This document shows, piece after piece, positions 24,405 to 33,241 of a stretch of DNA of 40,716 nt. Where the stretch lies: IMG/VR virus record IMGVR_UViG_3300021168_000053, one strand, 5' to 3'. Under the pieces are notes generated by a model. It searched no databases. It saw only the letters and a list, made by a program, of their open reading frames with translations, and was not told the origin of the DNA. The DNA comes from a virus. Both the position numbers and the translations under genes were made by a program. Within the stretch, counting starts at the first letter, position 1, and each line of letters begins with the position of its first letter.

Positions 24405-24848
24405 ATGGGGGTCTTGATGCAGGCTACGCGACTGGAGGACCAGATGACCGGCACCAACATGCAGCTCATTGCCAAAGCCATTGTCCGCGCAGCTAAAAAG
24501 CTGCCTGACCGACCACTCCAGATCTCCTTGGTCCAGCTGCATGAAGACTTCGGCTCTCCCTCTCCTGTTGCCTGTGGGGCCTATCTTGCCGGCGAAGAGA
24601 ACATGCTGCCCTTGGGTGTGGCGCTCTCCCAGGAAGGGTGGCAAGGACCGCCTCCGATCTATAAGGATGGCCATCTGTTTATCCAGGAATGGCCATCTGA
24701 TATCTGTTCTCTCTGGGATACGGTCCTTGTCGCCAGCGGTAACTACGAAGCAAGTCAACAGAAGGCCACTAGTGCGGGGCAGCTTCTGAAACACATCCTA
24801 ACCGAGTTCTCCGAGGCTGCCAACAAAGCAATCACAGGGAAGGCGTAG
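24405..24848 (+). CDS. Hypothetical protein, 147 aa, first gene of the phosphatase-kinase operon
   Basis: ORF. Same strand as, and 6 nt upstream of, the PP2C gene. Confidence 0.45.
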   Translation: MGVLMQATRLEDQMTGTNMQLIAKAIVRAAKKLPDRPLQISLVQLHEDFGSPSPVACGAYLAGEENMLPLGVALSQEGWQGPPPIYKDGHLFIQEWPSDICSLWDTVLVASGNYEASQQKATSAGQLLKHILTEFSEAANKAITGKA

Positions 24849-24854
24849 ACTATC

Positions 24855-25691
24855 ATGGCTACCACTGACGCAGTCGAAGTCTTCGAGTTCGCCTCTGGTT
24901 CGATCACTGGGCGTGAGCATCAGCTAATCGGCAAGAACAATCAGGATGCGTTCTCAATTACCAGCTCAGCCGGACATTTTGTGGCAGTCGTCTGCGACGG
25001 CTGTGGCAGCAGCAAACATAGCGAGGTCGGAGCGCAGATTGGAGCTTCAATAATTGGGAAGGTCGTTAGCAAGGCACTGATTTACAGTGCACCTACCAAC
25101 GTGATGAATGCCTCTGCGTTCTGGGAAGACATCCGCCGCGAAATAACCCATCGGCTCACATCTGTCGCGTACAACATGACACCATCTAATAGAGACTTGC
25201 GCGAAACGGTGGAGAGGTTTTTCCTCTTCACCATCGTCGGAATCGCCATCACTCCCAACTTCGTGGTGCCGTTCTCGATCGGCGATGGCATCTGGATCAT
25301 CAATGGCAAGAAGCATCGCCTTGGCCCCTTCGAGAACAACGCACCGCCTTATATCGGTTACGGTCTGATCCGCAATAATGGCGGGTGGAAGGATGAGCAA
25401 CTTCGCATCCGGTTAGGCGACATCTACGTTGTCGAGGAAGTGCGTAACGCGCTCATCGGCACTGACGGAGTCATAGATCTGATCGGTGTACTCCCGGAGG
25501 GAGAGTACATCAACCAATTCTGGGACGACTCCAAGTACTTCACAAACCAAGACGGCGTCAGACGCCGGCTTTGCCGGTTGAACATGGCTCGGGAAACAAT
25601 CAACTGGGAGCAGCGCAGAGTTGATCGCCAGCATGGCCTTCTCCCCGATGACACCACTCTCATCTCCATACGGAGAAAGGTTAGCCTGTGA
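24855..25691 (+). CDS. PP2C-family Ser/Thr protein phosphatase
   Basis: PP2C motifs in order: GKNNQDAF...VAVVCDGCGS (motifs 1/2), FSIGDGIWII (GDSR-type), LIGTDGVIDL (DG motif), DDTTLISI (terminal DN-T motif). Stop overlaps the kinase start (GTGA). Confidence 0.75.
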   Translation: MATTDAVEVFEFASGSITGREHQLIGKNNQDAFSITSSAGHFVAVVCDGCGSSKHSEVGAQIGASIIGKVVSKALIYSAPTNVMNASAFWEDIRREITHRLTSVAYNMTPSNRDLRETVERFFLFTIVGIAITPNFVVPFSIGDGIWIINGKKHRLGPFENNAPPYIGYGLIRNNGGWKDEQLRIRLGDIYVVEEVRNALIGTDGVIDLIGVLPEGEYINQFWDDSKYFTNQDGVRRRLCRLNMARETINWEQRRVDRQHGLLPDDTTLISIRRKVSL

Positions 25692-27580
25692 ACGTCTACA
25701 TCGCTGGTAAGCGTGTCACTGTCGAACCGGCTCGTGCTATTGGCAAGGGCGGCGAAGCTGACATCTATGACATCACAATTTCGTCCAGCGATCCTATCGT
25801 TCTCAAGCTGTTCAAGCAGCCTGATCATCCTGATCTAATAGGAGACAAGAACGAGCAGAGTGCAGCTACAGCTCGGCTTCAACGCCACCAGCATAAGCTC
25901 CCCGAGTTCCCCAAAAACCTGCCGGCCAATGTAATTGGTCCCAAAGATCTTGCCTACTCCGCAGCCAAGAATGGATCCGTCGTCGGTTACACGATGACGT
26001 TCCTCAACAACACCGAGCCACTACTGCGCTACCAAGAAAAGAAGTTCCGCGCTGGCGCACCTGCCGATTGCATCCGGGACATCTTTCTAGATCTCCATCG
26101 CACGGTCGATAGCATCCACTCGCAATCGATCGTGATTGGCGATTTCCACGACCTTAATATCCTGGTCAATAAAGCTCACACCGCTGTCGCAATCATAGAC
26201 ACCGACAGCTTCCAATTTGGGAAGTGGTTCTGCAACACCTTTACTGAGGTGTTTGTCGATCCGCTCTTGTGTGACAACAAGGCCACGTCCCCCACACTGG
26301 TATGCCCGCACAATGCGATGTCGGACTGGTATGCCTATGCCATCATGCTGATGCGTTGCATGCTATTCGTCGGGCCTTACGGCGGCATCTACAAACCCAA
26401 GGACCACAAGAAAAATATTCCGCATCCTGCTCGGCCGATGCACCGGATCAGCGTTTTCCACCCTGACGTGCAGTATCCCAAACCCGCCATTCCCTACAAG
26501 CTCCTCAGCGATGAGCTTCTGCACCATCTTATCCAAGTCTTCGAGCAGGACTATCGCGTTCGGTTCCCCGAGCAGCTAGTGGCAGATCTTCGCTGGACTA
26601 CGTGCAACAAGTGCGGCATCGCTCATGCCCGACGCACCTGCCCGGACTGCAAGCCCACGCCGGCAGCAGCCGTTGCTTCCACGACGACAATCCGCGGGAA
26701 GGTTACCGTGTCGACGCTGTTCAAGCTGAAGCAAGGGCGAATCGTCTTCGCAACCGTACAGGGCGGCGACCTCAAGTACGTCTACCACGACGGCAATGAA
26801 TACTGCCGCGAGGGTGGACGAACCGTCCTGAAGGGTGCACTGATTCCATCTGGATCTGCCAGGATCCGTGGAGCCGACACCCTTATGATTGAGAAACATG
26901 GCTTCATGATGATGAAGCCTGGTGATATTCCGTTGTCAGCCGCTTACAAAGGGCAGACCTACACATCAGATAGCTGCGACGCCAATTCCAAGCATTTCTA
27001 CTGGTCAGAAGCTGGGGTTCTGAAACGCGACGACGTTCACGGTCCTGCCTTCATCGGCAACGTACTGATGGATCGAACCAAATTTTGGGTCGGTGAAGCA
27101 TTCGGCTTCGGCTTCTATCGTGCGGGGAATCTCAGCGTTGCTTTTGTGTTCGACGCTGAGCGACAAGGAATCAACGACAACGTCAAGTTCCCCCGCATCA
27201 CCGGCGAGCTAATGGATTGCACCTGCGTCTTCACAGACAAGCTGGCGTGGTCATTTCAGATGATCAAAGCAGGTGCGAAGACCATCAATCGCTGCGTTGT
27301 TGTGACGAGGGCTGGGGATATCCTCGCTACTGCTGAGGCTGACGCTGGAGACCCGTCCTGGCTGGGCAGCATCAGAGGGAAGGCTCCCGTCAGCGGTTTC
27401 TTGTTCGCTGCAACGGACGATGGGCTTGTACGGGTGGAGGTGCAGAACGGGGCGCTGGTTGTTACCCGCCAGTTCCCTGACACGGAATCGTTCGTCGACT
27501 CGGAAACGCGGCTGCTGGTCACTGGCAAAGGGCTAGTGGCAGTGGGTCCGCAAGAAATCAAATTGATCGAGATGAAATGA
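25688..27580 (+). CDS. Protein kinase (protein-kinase-like fold, RIO/Kdo/eukaryotic-like) with an internal Cys4 zinc ribbon and a C-terminal beta-propeller-like repeat domain
   Basis: G-loop IGKGGEADIY, beta3 Lys in VLKLFK, catalytic loop IVIGDFHDLNILV (D...N spacing 5), Mg-binding AIIDTDSF, and an ePK-like alphaF SDWYAYAIMLMRCMLFVGPYGG. Then CNKCG...CPDC. The C-terminal 300 aa has repeated beta-strand blocks with G/D turns. Confidence 0.7.
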   Translation: MNVYIAGKRVTVEPARAIGKGGEADIYDITISSSDPIVLKLFKQPDHPDLIGDKNEQSAATARLQRHQHKLPEFPKNLPANVIGPKDLAYSAAKNGSVVGYTMTFLNNTEPLLRYQEKKFRAGAPADCIRDIFLDLHRTVDSIHSQSIVIGDFHDLNILVNKAHTAVAIIDTDSFQFGKWFCNTFTEVFVDPLLCDNKATSPTLVCPHNAMSDWYAYAIMLMRCMLFVGPYGGIYKPKDHKKNIPHPARPMHRISVFHPDVQYPKPAIPYKLLSDELLHHLIQVFEQDYRVRFPEQLVADLRWTTCNKCGIAHARRTCPDCKPTPAAAVASTTTIRGKVTVSTLFKLKQGRIVFATVQGGDLKYVYHDGNEYCREGGRTVLKGALIPSGSARIRGADTLMIEKHGFMMMKPGDIPLSAAYKGQTYTSDSCDANSKHFYWSEAGVLKRDDVHGPAFIGNVLMDRTKFWVGEAFGFGFYRAGNLSVAFVFDAERQGINDNVKFPRITGELMDCTCVFTDKLAWSFQMIKAGAKTINRCVVVTRAGDILATAEADAGDPSWLGSIRGKAPVSGFLFAATDDGLVRVEVQNGALVVTRQFPDTESFVDSETRLLVTGKGLVAVGPQEIKLIEMK

Positions 27581-27591
27581 GGAGGATCGTG

Positions 27592-28641
27592 ATGCCGAAC
27601 CAATTGCCAATGCCGCTGTTCTACAATCCGAAGACTGCTCGCGACTGGGCCTATTCTCCGAACCAGATGAAGCTGTTCGAGTCTTCCGCCGGGTGGAAGC
27701 GCGAGCACAACGTCAAACCCGCCGCGACGGACAAGTTCAACCTTCACGTCCTGCTGATCGACGTGCAGAAGGACTTCTGCTTCAAGGAAGGCTCGCTCTA
27801 CGTTGGCGGACGCTCAGGCGACGGCGCTCTCGACGACAATCAGCGTACGGCGGAATGGATCTACCGCAATCTCCATCGCATCACGAAGATGAGCTGCACG
27901 ATGGACACGCACTTCGCCTACCAGATCTTCTTCCCCTCGTTCTTTCTCGACCAGGACGACAAGCCCTTGTCGGCGTTCCGCACAGTCGTGGCCGACGAAA
28001 TTCGCAGCGGCAAGGTCAAGGTCAATCCCGCCGTCACGCATCTCGTGAACGACTACGCCTGGCTCCAGAAGCAGGTCATCCACTACTGCCAGGAGCTGGA
28101 GAAGCAGGGCAAGTACCAGCTCTACATGTGGCCGGCTCACTGCATCCTCGGCTCCGACGGTCATGCTCTCGTCGGCAGCATTCACGAGGCGCGCATGTTC
28201 CATTCGTACATCCGCGGTGCTCAGTCGGACTGCGAGGTCAAGGGTGGTCACCTTCTCACCGAGAACTATTCGGTGCTCCGTCCCGAAGTTCTCACGCGTC
28301 ACGACGGACAGGGTGCGCTCGCCCAGAAGAACACCCACTTCATCCAGACGCTGCTCAAGGCGGACGCGGTAGTGATTGCGGGCCAAGCGGCGTCGCACTG
28401 CGTTCTCTCGTCGATCGATGACCTGCTCAACGAGATCCACACGCAGGACCCAACCCTCGCCAAGAAGGTCTACGTCATGACGGACTGCATGTCGTCGGTG
28501 ACGGTGCCGGATGGGAAGGGCGGCTTCTTCGCCGACTTCACCGACAATGCGCAGAAGGCGCAGCAGAAGTTCGCCGACGCGGGCATGCATCTGGTGAAGT
28601 CCACCGATCCGATCGACGGCTGGCCCGACCTGAAGATCTGA
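27592..28641 (+). CDS. pncA: Nicotinamidase (PncA)/isochorismatase-family cysteine hydrolase with insertions. ORF track start is 27577.
   Basis: LLIDVQKDFC...GSLYVGG (PncA VDVQNDFC...GSL-V-GG), WPAHCI (PncA WPxHCV), and AGQAASHCVLSS (catalytic Cys). GGAGG lies 6 nt before ATG 27592. Confidence 0.75.
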   Translation: MPNQLPMPLFYNPKTARDWAYSPNQMKLFESSAGWKREHNVKPAATDKFNLHVLLIDVQKDFCFKEGSLYVGGRSGDGALDDNQRTAEWIYRNLHRITKMSCTMDTHFAYQIFFPSFFLDQDDKPLSAFRTVVADEIRSGKVKVNPAVTHLVNDYAWLQKQVIHYCQELEKQGKYQLYMWPAHCILGSDGHALVGSIHEARMFHSYIRGAQSDCEVKGGHLLTENYSVLRPEVLTRHDGQGALAQKNTHFIQTLLKADAVVIAGQAASHCVLSSIDDLLNEIHTQDPTLAKKVYVMTDCMSSVTVPDGKGGFFADFTDNAQKAQQKFADAGMHLVKSTDPIDGWPDLKI

Positions 28642-28643
28642 TC

Positions 28644-28907
28644 ATGGCGATTACAGCACAGGGCAAAGAGGCTGCGCTCAAAGCCCTAAAGGAGCGACGC
28701 GAAAAGAACAAGGACAAAGAAGCTGTCGACAACAGCAAGCTCCCCGCCGGCTCGCCGATGTATTTCGACTGCATCGGCTGCAACGGAAATATCGTCGTGC
28801 CGGAAAGCTACATGTCTCGGCCTAAGCTGTGTGGCGAATGCCAAGCGATGAAAGACCTGGGCTGGCTCGTAGCTAGCCCCAGAAAGGATCATTATGAGCA
28901 CCAGTAA
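28644..28907 (+). CDS. Small zinc-ribbon protein, 87 aa
   Basis: CIGCNG...CGEC (C-x2-C...C-x2-C). Overlaps the next gene start. Confidence 0.5.
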   Translation: MAITAQGKEAALKALKERREKNKDKEAVDNSKLPAGSPMYFDCIGCNGNIVVPESYMSRPKLCGECQAMKDLGWLVASPRKDHYEHQ

Positions 28908-29691
28908 GAATGTGAATGAGCTGTTCAATCAGGCCCACAATGAAGGGACGTTGTCCGCCCAGTCGATGCAGACGATCCAGATCTTGGACCCTGGCGCCCA
29001 GATCAACAATGCTCTCGGCATCAAAGTCGACGACGTGCAGGCCAGCGAAGTTGTGCTCGTCTCTCTTCTTGTCGACGATTCGGGCTCCATCCGCTTCGCC
29101 GGCAACGCCGACGTGGTACGGGAAGGTCACAACGGCTGCCTCGACGCGCTCTCGAAGTCCAAGCAGAAGGACAACGTCCTGGTCCACACGCGCTACCTCA
29201 ACGGGCAGATCCTCTATCCCTACTGCGCGCTCGACGGTGCGACGAAAATGGATACGCACAACTACAATCCCAACGGGGGGACGCCGCTCAACGACGAGAC
29301 GGTCACCATGCTAGCGACGGTGCTAGCTAAGTGCCAGGAGTTCAAGGCCAACGGCGTTCCCTGCCGTACCGTCACTCTGATCGTTACCGACGGCCGCGAC
29401 GAGCATTCCCACAAGACAACGGTCTCCCAGGTCGCCCACCTGGTAAAAGACATGCTCATGCAAGAGACCCACATCATCGCAGCGATGGGCATCGACGATG
29501 GAGTCACTAACTTCAAGGCGGTATTCTCCGAGATGGGGATCAGGCCGGAGTGGATTCTCACGCCCGCCAACACGCAGTCGGACATCCGCAAGGCCTTCGG
29601 GGTCTTCTCTCAGTCGGCCGTACGCGCTTCGCAGTCGGCAGCAAGCTTCTCCAAAACAGCTGGTGGCGGCCTCGGCGGCTTCACAGCCTGA
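28894..29691 (+). CDS. von Willebrand factor A (vWA) domain protein, TerY-like
   Basis: Complete MIDAS: DDSGS (DxSxS), GGTPL (Thr) and TDGRDE (Asp) with correct spacing. 265 aa. Confidence 0.75.
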   Translation: MSTSKNVNELFNQAHNEGTLSAQSMQTIQILDPGAQINNALGIKVDDVQASEVVLVSLLVDDSGSIRFAGNADVVREGHNGCLDALSKSKQKDNVLVHTRYLNGQILYPYCALDGATKMDTHNYNPNGGTPLNDETVTMLATVLAKCQEFKANGVPCRTVTLIVTDGRDEHSHKTTVSQVAHLVKDMLMQETHIIAAMGIDDGVTNFKAVFSEMGIRPEWILTPANTQSDIRKAFGVFSQSAVRASQSAASFSKTAGGGLGGFTA

Positions 29692-29729
29692 GCTGGTAAT
29701 CTCCGCCTTCTTCCCTCGTACAACTCGTC

Positions 29730-29978
29730 ATGGCTCAGCAAGTCATGATTGTTTCAACCACGCGGCCCGACCTGCGCGACGAGATCTTTGGGTGGACCGT
29801 TGAGGATCCGAACCTCTTCGTGCCTGGCAAACCCATTGGCTACACACCTCACGCTCGCGACCTCTCGCGACCTGGCACCGTGATGGAAGCTCTTGCCTTT
29901 GGCTGGAGGCTGCTGGCGCCTCCGACAGAGGACAAAGACCTTGAGGGATGGACATGGTGGCTGGTCCGTGATGCGTAA
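29730..29978 (+). CDS. Hypothetical protein, 82 aa
   Basis: ORF only. Confidence 0.35.
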   Translation: MAQQVMIVSTTRPDLRDEIFGWTVEDPNLFVPGKPIGYTPHARDLSRPGTVMEALAFGWRLLAPPTEDKDLEGWTWWLVRDA

Positions 29979-29991
29979 TCTCGGTTGCAAT

Positions 29992-30027
29992 TTCTCATGT
30001 ACACGAGAATTCTCCTGACCATGAGAA
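29992..30027 (+). promoter_or_regulatory. Nested palindromes upstream of the TPM gene. TTCTCATG (29992-29999) and CATGAGAA (30020-30027) flank the perfect 10-bp palindrome GAGAATTCTC (30005-30014).
   Basis: Seen in sequence in the 140-nt gap before 30120. An AAGGAG RBS follows near 30105. This is operator-like. Confidence 0.3.
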
Positions 30028-30119
30028 TACCTAGACAATCGCGACATCACCTATCATCGTGCGGGACGTAACAGGCCCCCTCGATTGTTCTTTAGACGGG
30101 CAAAAAAGGAGACAGACGC

Positions 30120-32696
30120 ATGCGTTCCAGTTTGGCCTTGATGACCATGGCACTTTTCGCAAGTCCGGCATTTGCGGATCTTCCCGCACCCCGGCTCGTG
30201 CCTGGGCAGCATGTCTACTTCATTCCCGATGGCTACTTCAACCCGGATTTCAATGGGACGCAGATCCAGCGGATCAACACTGCGGCGCAGTCTCTCAAAT
30301 ACCCTTTCTTCGTGGTCGTCAGCCAGTATCTGCCCGGCGGCACCGACCAGGCGGCTGCCGACGCCATCAACAGCATCGCGGAACAATGGACACGCCATGG
30401 TGGATTCGATCCGGGTACGTCATCCGTCTTCCTCGTCTCGTACGCGCCTCAAAAGTGGCGCTTCGTCGCGGGCACGGAATGGCAGTCGAAGTTCGGCATG
30501 ATCAAGAAAGCGACAGCCACATATACCAACAACTTCGTGACTGCCGCAAAGCGTCGCCCGCGGGATCTGGCTGGCGGAATCATCAACACGATGACGGCAT
30601 TCGATTCGTACCTCTGGGAACAGACCGACCCAGTCCGCATCGCTGCTCGCGAAAAGACCGCACAGGAAGAAGCAGCACGCACGCGTTTGCGCGAAGCGAA
30701 GGCCAATATCGATGGCGCGATCGAGCATCTGTCCAGTCTCCTCACCGATAAAGAATATCTACCCAAGGACGTGACGGAATATACCCAGCTCGCAACCATT
30801 CTCGATCAGGCGCGGAAGTCAGACAACGCCGACACGATCACCAGCGTCACCGGAGATGCTCTGCCGAAGATCCAAAAGCTGGATGGAATGGTCTCGCTGA
30901 AGCAATCAGAAGCGAGTGCACGCACCGCTCGTCACATCGCCGAGACGATCTTCTTCCTTCTGATCGCTGGCGCCATCGGCATCTGGTACTTTCGACGGAA
31001 GAGGCGCTTCAACAGCTTGCGCGATTCGTTCGAGATTGAAGCCACCAAGTGGGAGCAGATGGTCACGAATGCTTCCAACAACTATGCTTCGGTCTATCTC
31101 GATCGTGACGATCTTGTCGGAATGTCTTCCATCCAGGGTGACACCAAGAAGCTGTACGACTCCGTTACGGCGGAGGTTAACGACATTTACCTGTGCATAA
31201 AAGCCCTGGAAGCACACGTCGCAGAATGCCGCGCGCTCGCCGAGAGTGCGAACCTCTTCGACATGGATCCCCTCCTCAAGGCGAAGACAGACCTTGACGG
31301 AGACTTTCAGTTCGACACCGAGAAGGTCAATGCCGACGAGTTGTTCGGAAGGGAGACCAAAGTCATCAAAGTCAATGCAGCAAAGTTCGCTGCCGACCAG
31401 GCCACCCGCTTCAAGAAGGCCAAGAGTGAGTGGGATCGCCTCAAGACTGCTGCCCGTGAGCGAGTCGAGCCTCTTGACGCCATGCTCAAGAGCAAGTCCT
31501 TCGAGGAGTGCAAAGCCAAAGCAACCGGCGTCTGGCAGCGTTGGATCAAGGACCATCCGCTTTATGACGGGCTGGATACGATCACCAAAACACTGAACTC
31601 TCTCCGCGTTCAGGATCCAATCGCCGCTCACAAGCAAGCCACTGAGCTTTTGGCTCGGGGCGCGGTCATGGAAAGCCGCTTCAGCGAAATGTACGATGCG
31701 GTGGAGTCCATCAAGAAGGCCAAGCCCGACAAGCTGCCCGACTTCACCGGGACTATCCTCAGCGACAAAGACAACCCGCAGGAGATCTTGAAACAAGCCG
31801 CCGATGCCGAGACCAAGCTTGCGGGTATGCTCGCGTCGTTCCCTGTTACAGATTCCAGCCCGGTCATCGGACAGGCGAAGCAGATCGCCGACCTCTATCG
31901 GCGCGCAACTCAGCAATCCTTCGAGATCAAAGCTGCGATTGAGCAAGCCGCTCAGGCTATCACCAGAGCGCAGAGTCTCCGCTCTGCCGCTGATCAGGGT
32001 ATTACAATCGGACAGAAGGCCATCGACGCCGCGGAAAAGGTGCACGACGAGAAGGGACTCAAGGCCGCTCGCGACACCATCAATACAGCTCAGAAGCGCC
32101 TTTCGGCTGGCAGTGCGGATCTTGAGACTGCGGTGCAGGCGATCAATACGAAGAAGCATCTGGAGGCTCTCCGTGCTGCGAACTCGGCCGCACAGAGTTA
32201 CACGACCGCAGCAGAGACTGCATCCAAGGCCAAACAGATCTGCAATGAGCTGGACCGCAAGAAAGCCGAATTCGAGCGGAAGCAGGCAGAAATCAAAGCC
32301 AATTACGAACGGAAGCAAGCTCGCTACCGCCAGTATGGCGGACGGAGCACCTTACAGCAGCCGACGGTGATCATTCAGAATAACAACACAAACAACAATC
32401 GTGCCGATTACGACTTCATGTTGACCCAGATAGTGATGGAAGAAGCCATGTGGGACCAGCAGATCGCCTCCGCTCAACAAGCGCAGGAAGCTGCGGAGCG
32501 CGCGGCAAGACAGGCCGCTGAAGAGGCGGAGCGAGCTGCCAGGTACGCTCGCGAGGAGTCCGACCGGCAATCTAGGTACTCATCACGAAACGATGACGAC
32601 AGCTCCTCTGGGAGCAGCTGGAGTAGCTCTGACAGTTCTGATGGCGGAAGCTTCGGCGGTGGTGGATCTGACGGTTCAGACGGAGGTAGCTTTTGA
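30120..32696 (+). CDS. TPM-domain (TLP18.3/Psb32/MOLO-1 phosphatase-fold) membrane protein. It has a signal peptide, an extracytoplasmic TPM domain, one TM helix, a roughly 550-aa coiled-coil-rich cytoplasmic region and a Gly/Ser/Asp-rich tail.
   Basis: MRSSLALMTMALFASPAFA signal. TPM-like PFFVVVSQYLPGG...AEQWTRHGGFDPGTSSVFLVSYAPQKWRFVAGTEW. TM IAETIFFLLIAGAIGIWYF. Tail SSSGSSWSSSDSSDGGSFGGGGSDGSDGGSF. 858 aa. Confidence 0.65.
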   Translation: MRSSLALMTMALFASPAFADLPAPRLVPGQHVYFIPDGYFNPDFNGTQIQRINTAAQSLKYPFFVVVSQYLPGGTDQAAADAINSIAEQWTRHGGFDPGTSSVFLVSYAPQKWRFVAGTEWQSKFGMIKKATATYTNNFVTAAKRRPRDLAGGIINTMTAFDSYLWEQTDPVRIAAREKTAQEEAARTRLREAKANIDGAIEHLSSLLTDKEYLPKDVTEYTQLATILDQARKSDNADTITSVTGDALPKIQKLDGMVSLKQSEASARTARHIAETIFFLLIAGAIGIWYFRRKRRFNSLRDSFEIEATKWEQMVTNASNNYASVYLDRDDLVGMSSIQGDTKKLYDSVTAEVNDIYLCIKALEAHVAECRALAESANLFDMDPLLKAKTDLDGDFQFDTEKVNADELFGRETKVIKVNAAKFAADQATRFKKAKSEWDRLKTAARERVEPLDAMLKSKSFEECKAKATGVWQRWIKDHPLYDGLDTITKTLNSLRVQDPIAAHKQATELLARGAVMESRFSEMYDAVESIKKAKPDKLPDFTGTILSDKDNPQEILKQAADAETKLAGMLASFPVTDSSPVIGQAKQIADLYRRATQQSFEIKAAIEQAAQAITRAQSLRSAADQGITIGQKAIDAAEKVHDEKGLKAARDTINTAQKRLSAGSADLETAVQAINTKKHLEALRAANSAAQSYTTAAETASKAKQICNELDRKKAEFERKQAEIKANYERKQARYRQYGGRSTLQQPTVIIQNNNTNNNRADYDFMLTQIVMEEAMWDQQIASAQQAQEAAERAARQAAEEAERAARYAREESDRQSRYSSRNDDDSSSGSSWSSSDSSDGGSFGGGGSDGSDGGSF

Positions 32697-33187
32697 GTAC
32701 CGCCATCTATCCGGGATCGTTCGACCCGATTACCTATGGGCACATGGACGTCATCGACAAAGCCCAACGAGCCTTCGATAAGGTGGTGATCTGCGTCGGA
32801 GTCAATCAAAAGAAAACCCCAACATTTACGCCGCAGTATCGATGCGATCTTATCAAGGAGCTGTACCCGGACTGCGATGTCATCACGTGGAATGGTCTCA
32901 TCGTCGAAGCCGCGAAACACGTGGGCGCAGCGGTCATTGTGCGAGGATTCCGTGCATTGGCCGACTTCGAGGCGGAGTTTCGGATGGCACATATCAATAA
33001 ACGGCTGGCGCCGGATATCGACACGGTGATGTTCCCAACAAGCGAGGAAACAACGTTCTACTCCTCCTCAATCGCAAAGGAACTAGCGATGGTCGGTGCT
33101 CCGCTCATCGACATCGTTCCTGCATCAGTCGAGCGTGCCCTCCGGGATACTTTCAGACCCGTCAATATCCAAAAAACGCCTAGGTAA
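32693..33187 (+). CDS. coaD: Phosphopantetheine adenylyltransferase
   Basis: TTG start overlapping the upstream stop. AIYPGSFDPITYGHMDVI (the T/HxGH motif of PPAT) and the typical 160-aa length. Confidence 0.85.
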   Translation: MSTAIYPGSFDPITYGHMDVIDKAQRAFDKVVICVGVNQKKTPTFTPQYRCDLIKELYPDCDVITWNGLIVEAAKHVGAAVIVRGFRALADFEAEFRMAHINKRLAPDIDTVMFPTSEETTFYSSSIAKELAMVGAPLIDIVPASVERALRDTFRPVNIQKTPR

Positions 33188-33241
33188 TTCTTGTAAGGTT
33201 CTGTGACGTAGGTCGTATATCCTGTTGTCAGGAGTACGGCC

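Noticed and set aside
27693-28590. ORFs 27693..28421(+) 242 aa and 27814..28590(-) 258 aa
   Set aside because: Both lie entirely within the PncA-like gene, whose frame carries the catalytic motifs. The 242-aa ORF is an Arg-rich frame-shadow.
30906-32318. 470-aa minus-strand ORF opposite the TPM gene
   Set aside because: It is the antisense shadow of the 858-aa TPM gene, which has a signal peptide, TPM motifs and a TM helix. Its low-complexity Leu/Gly/Arg composition supports this.
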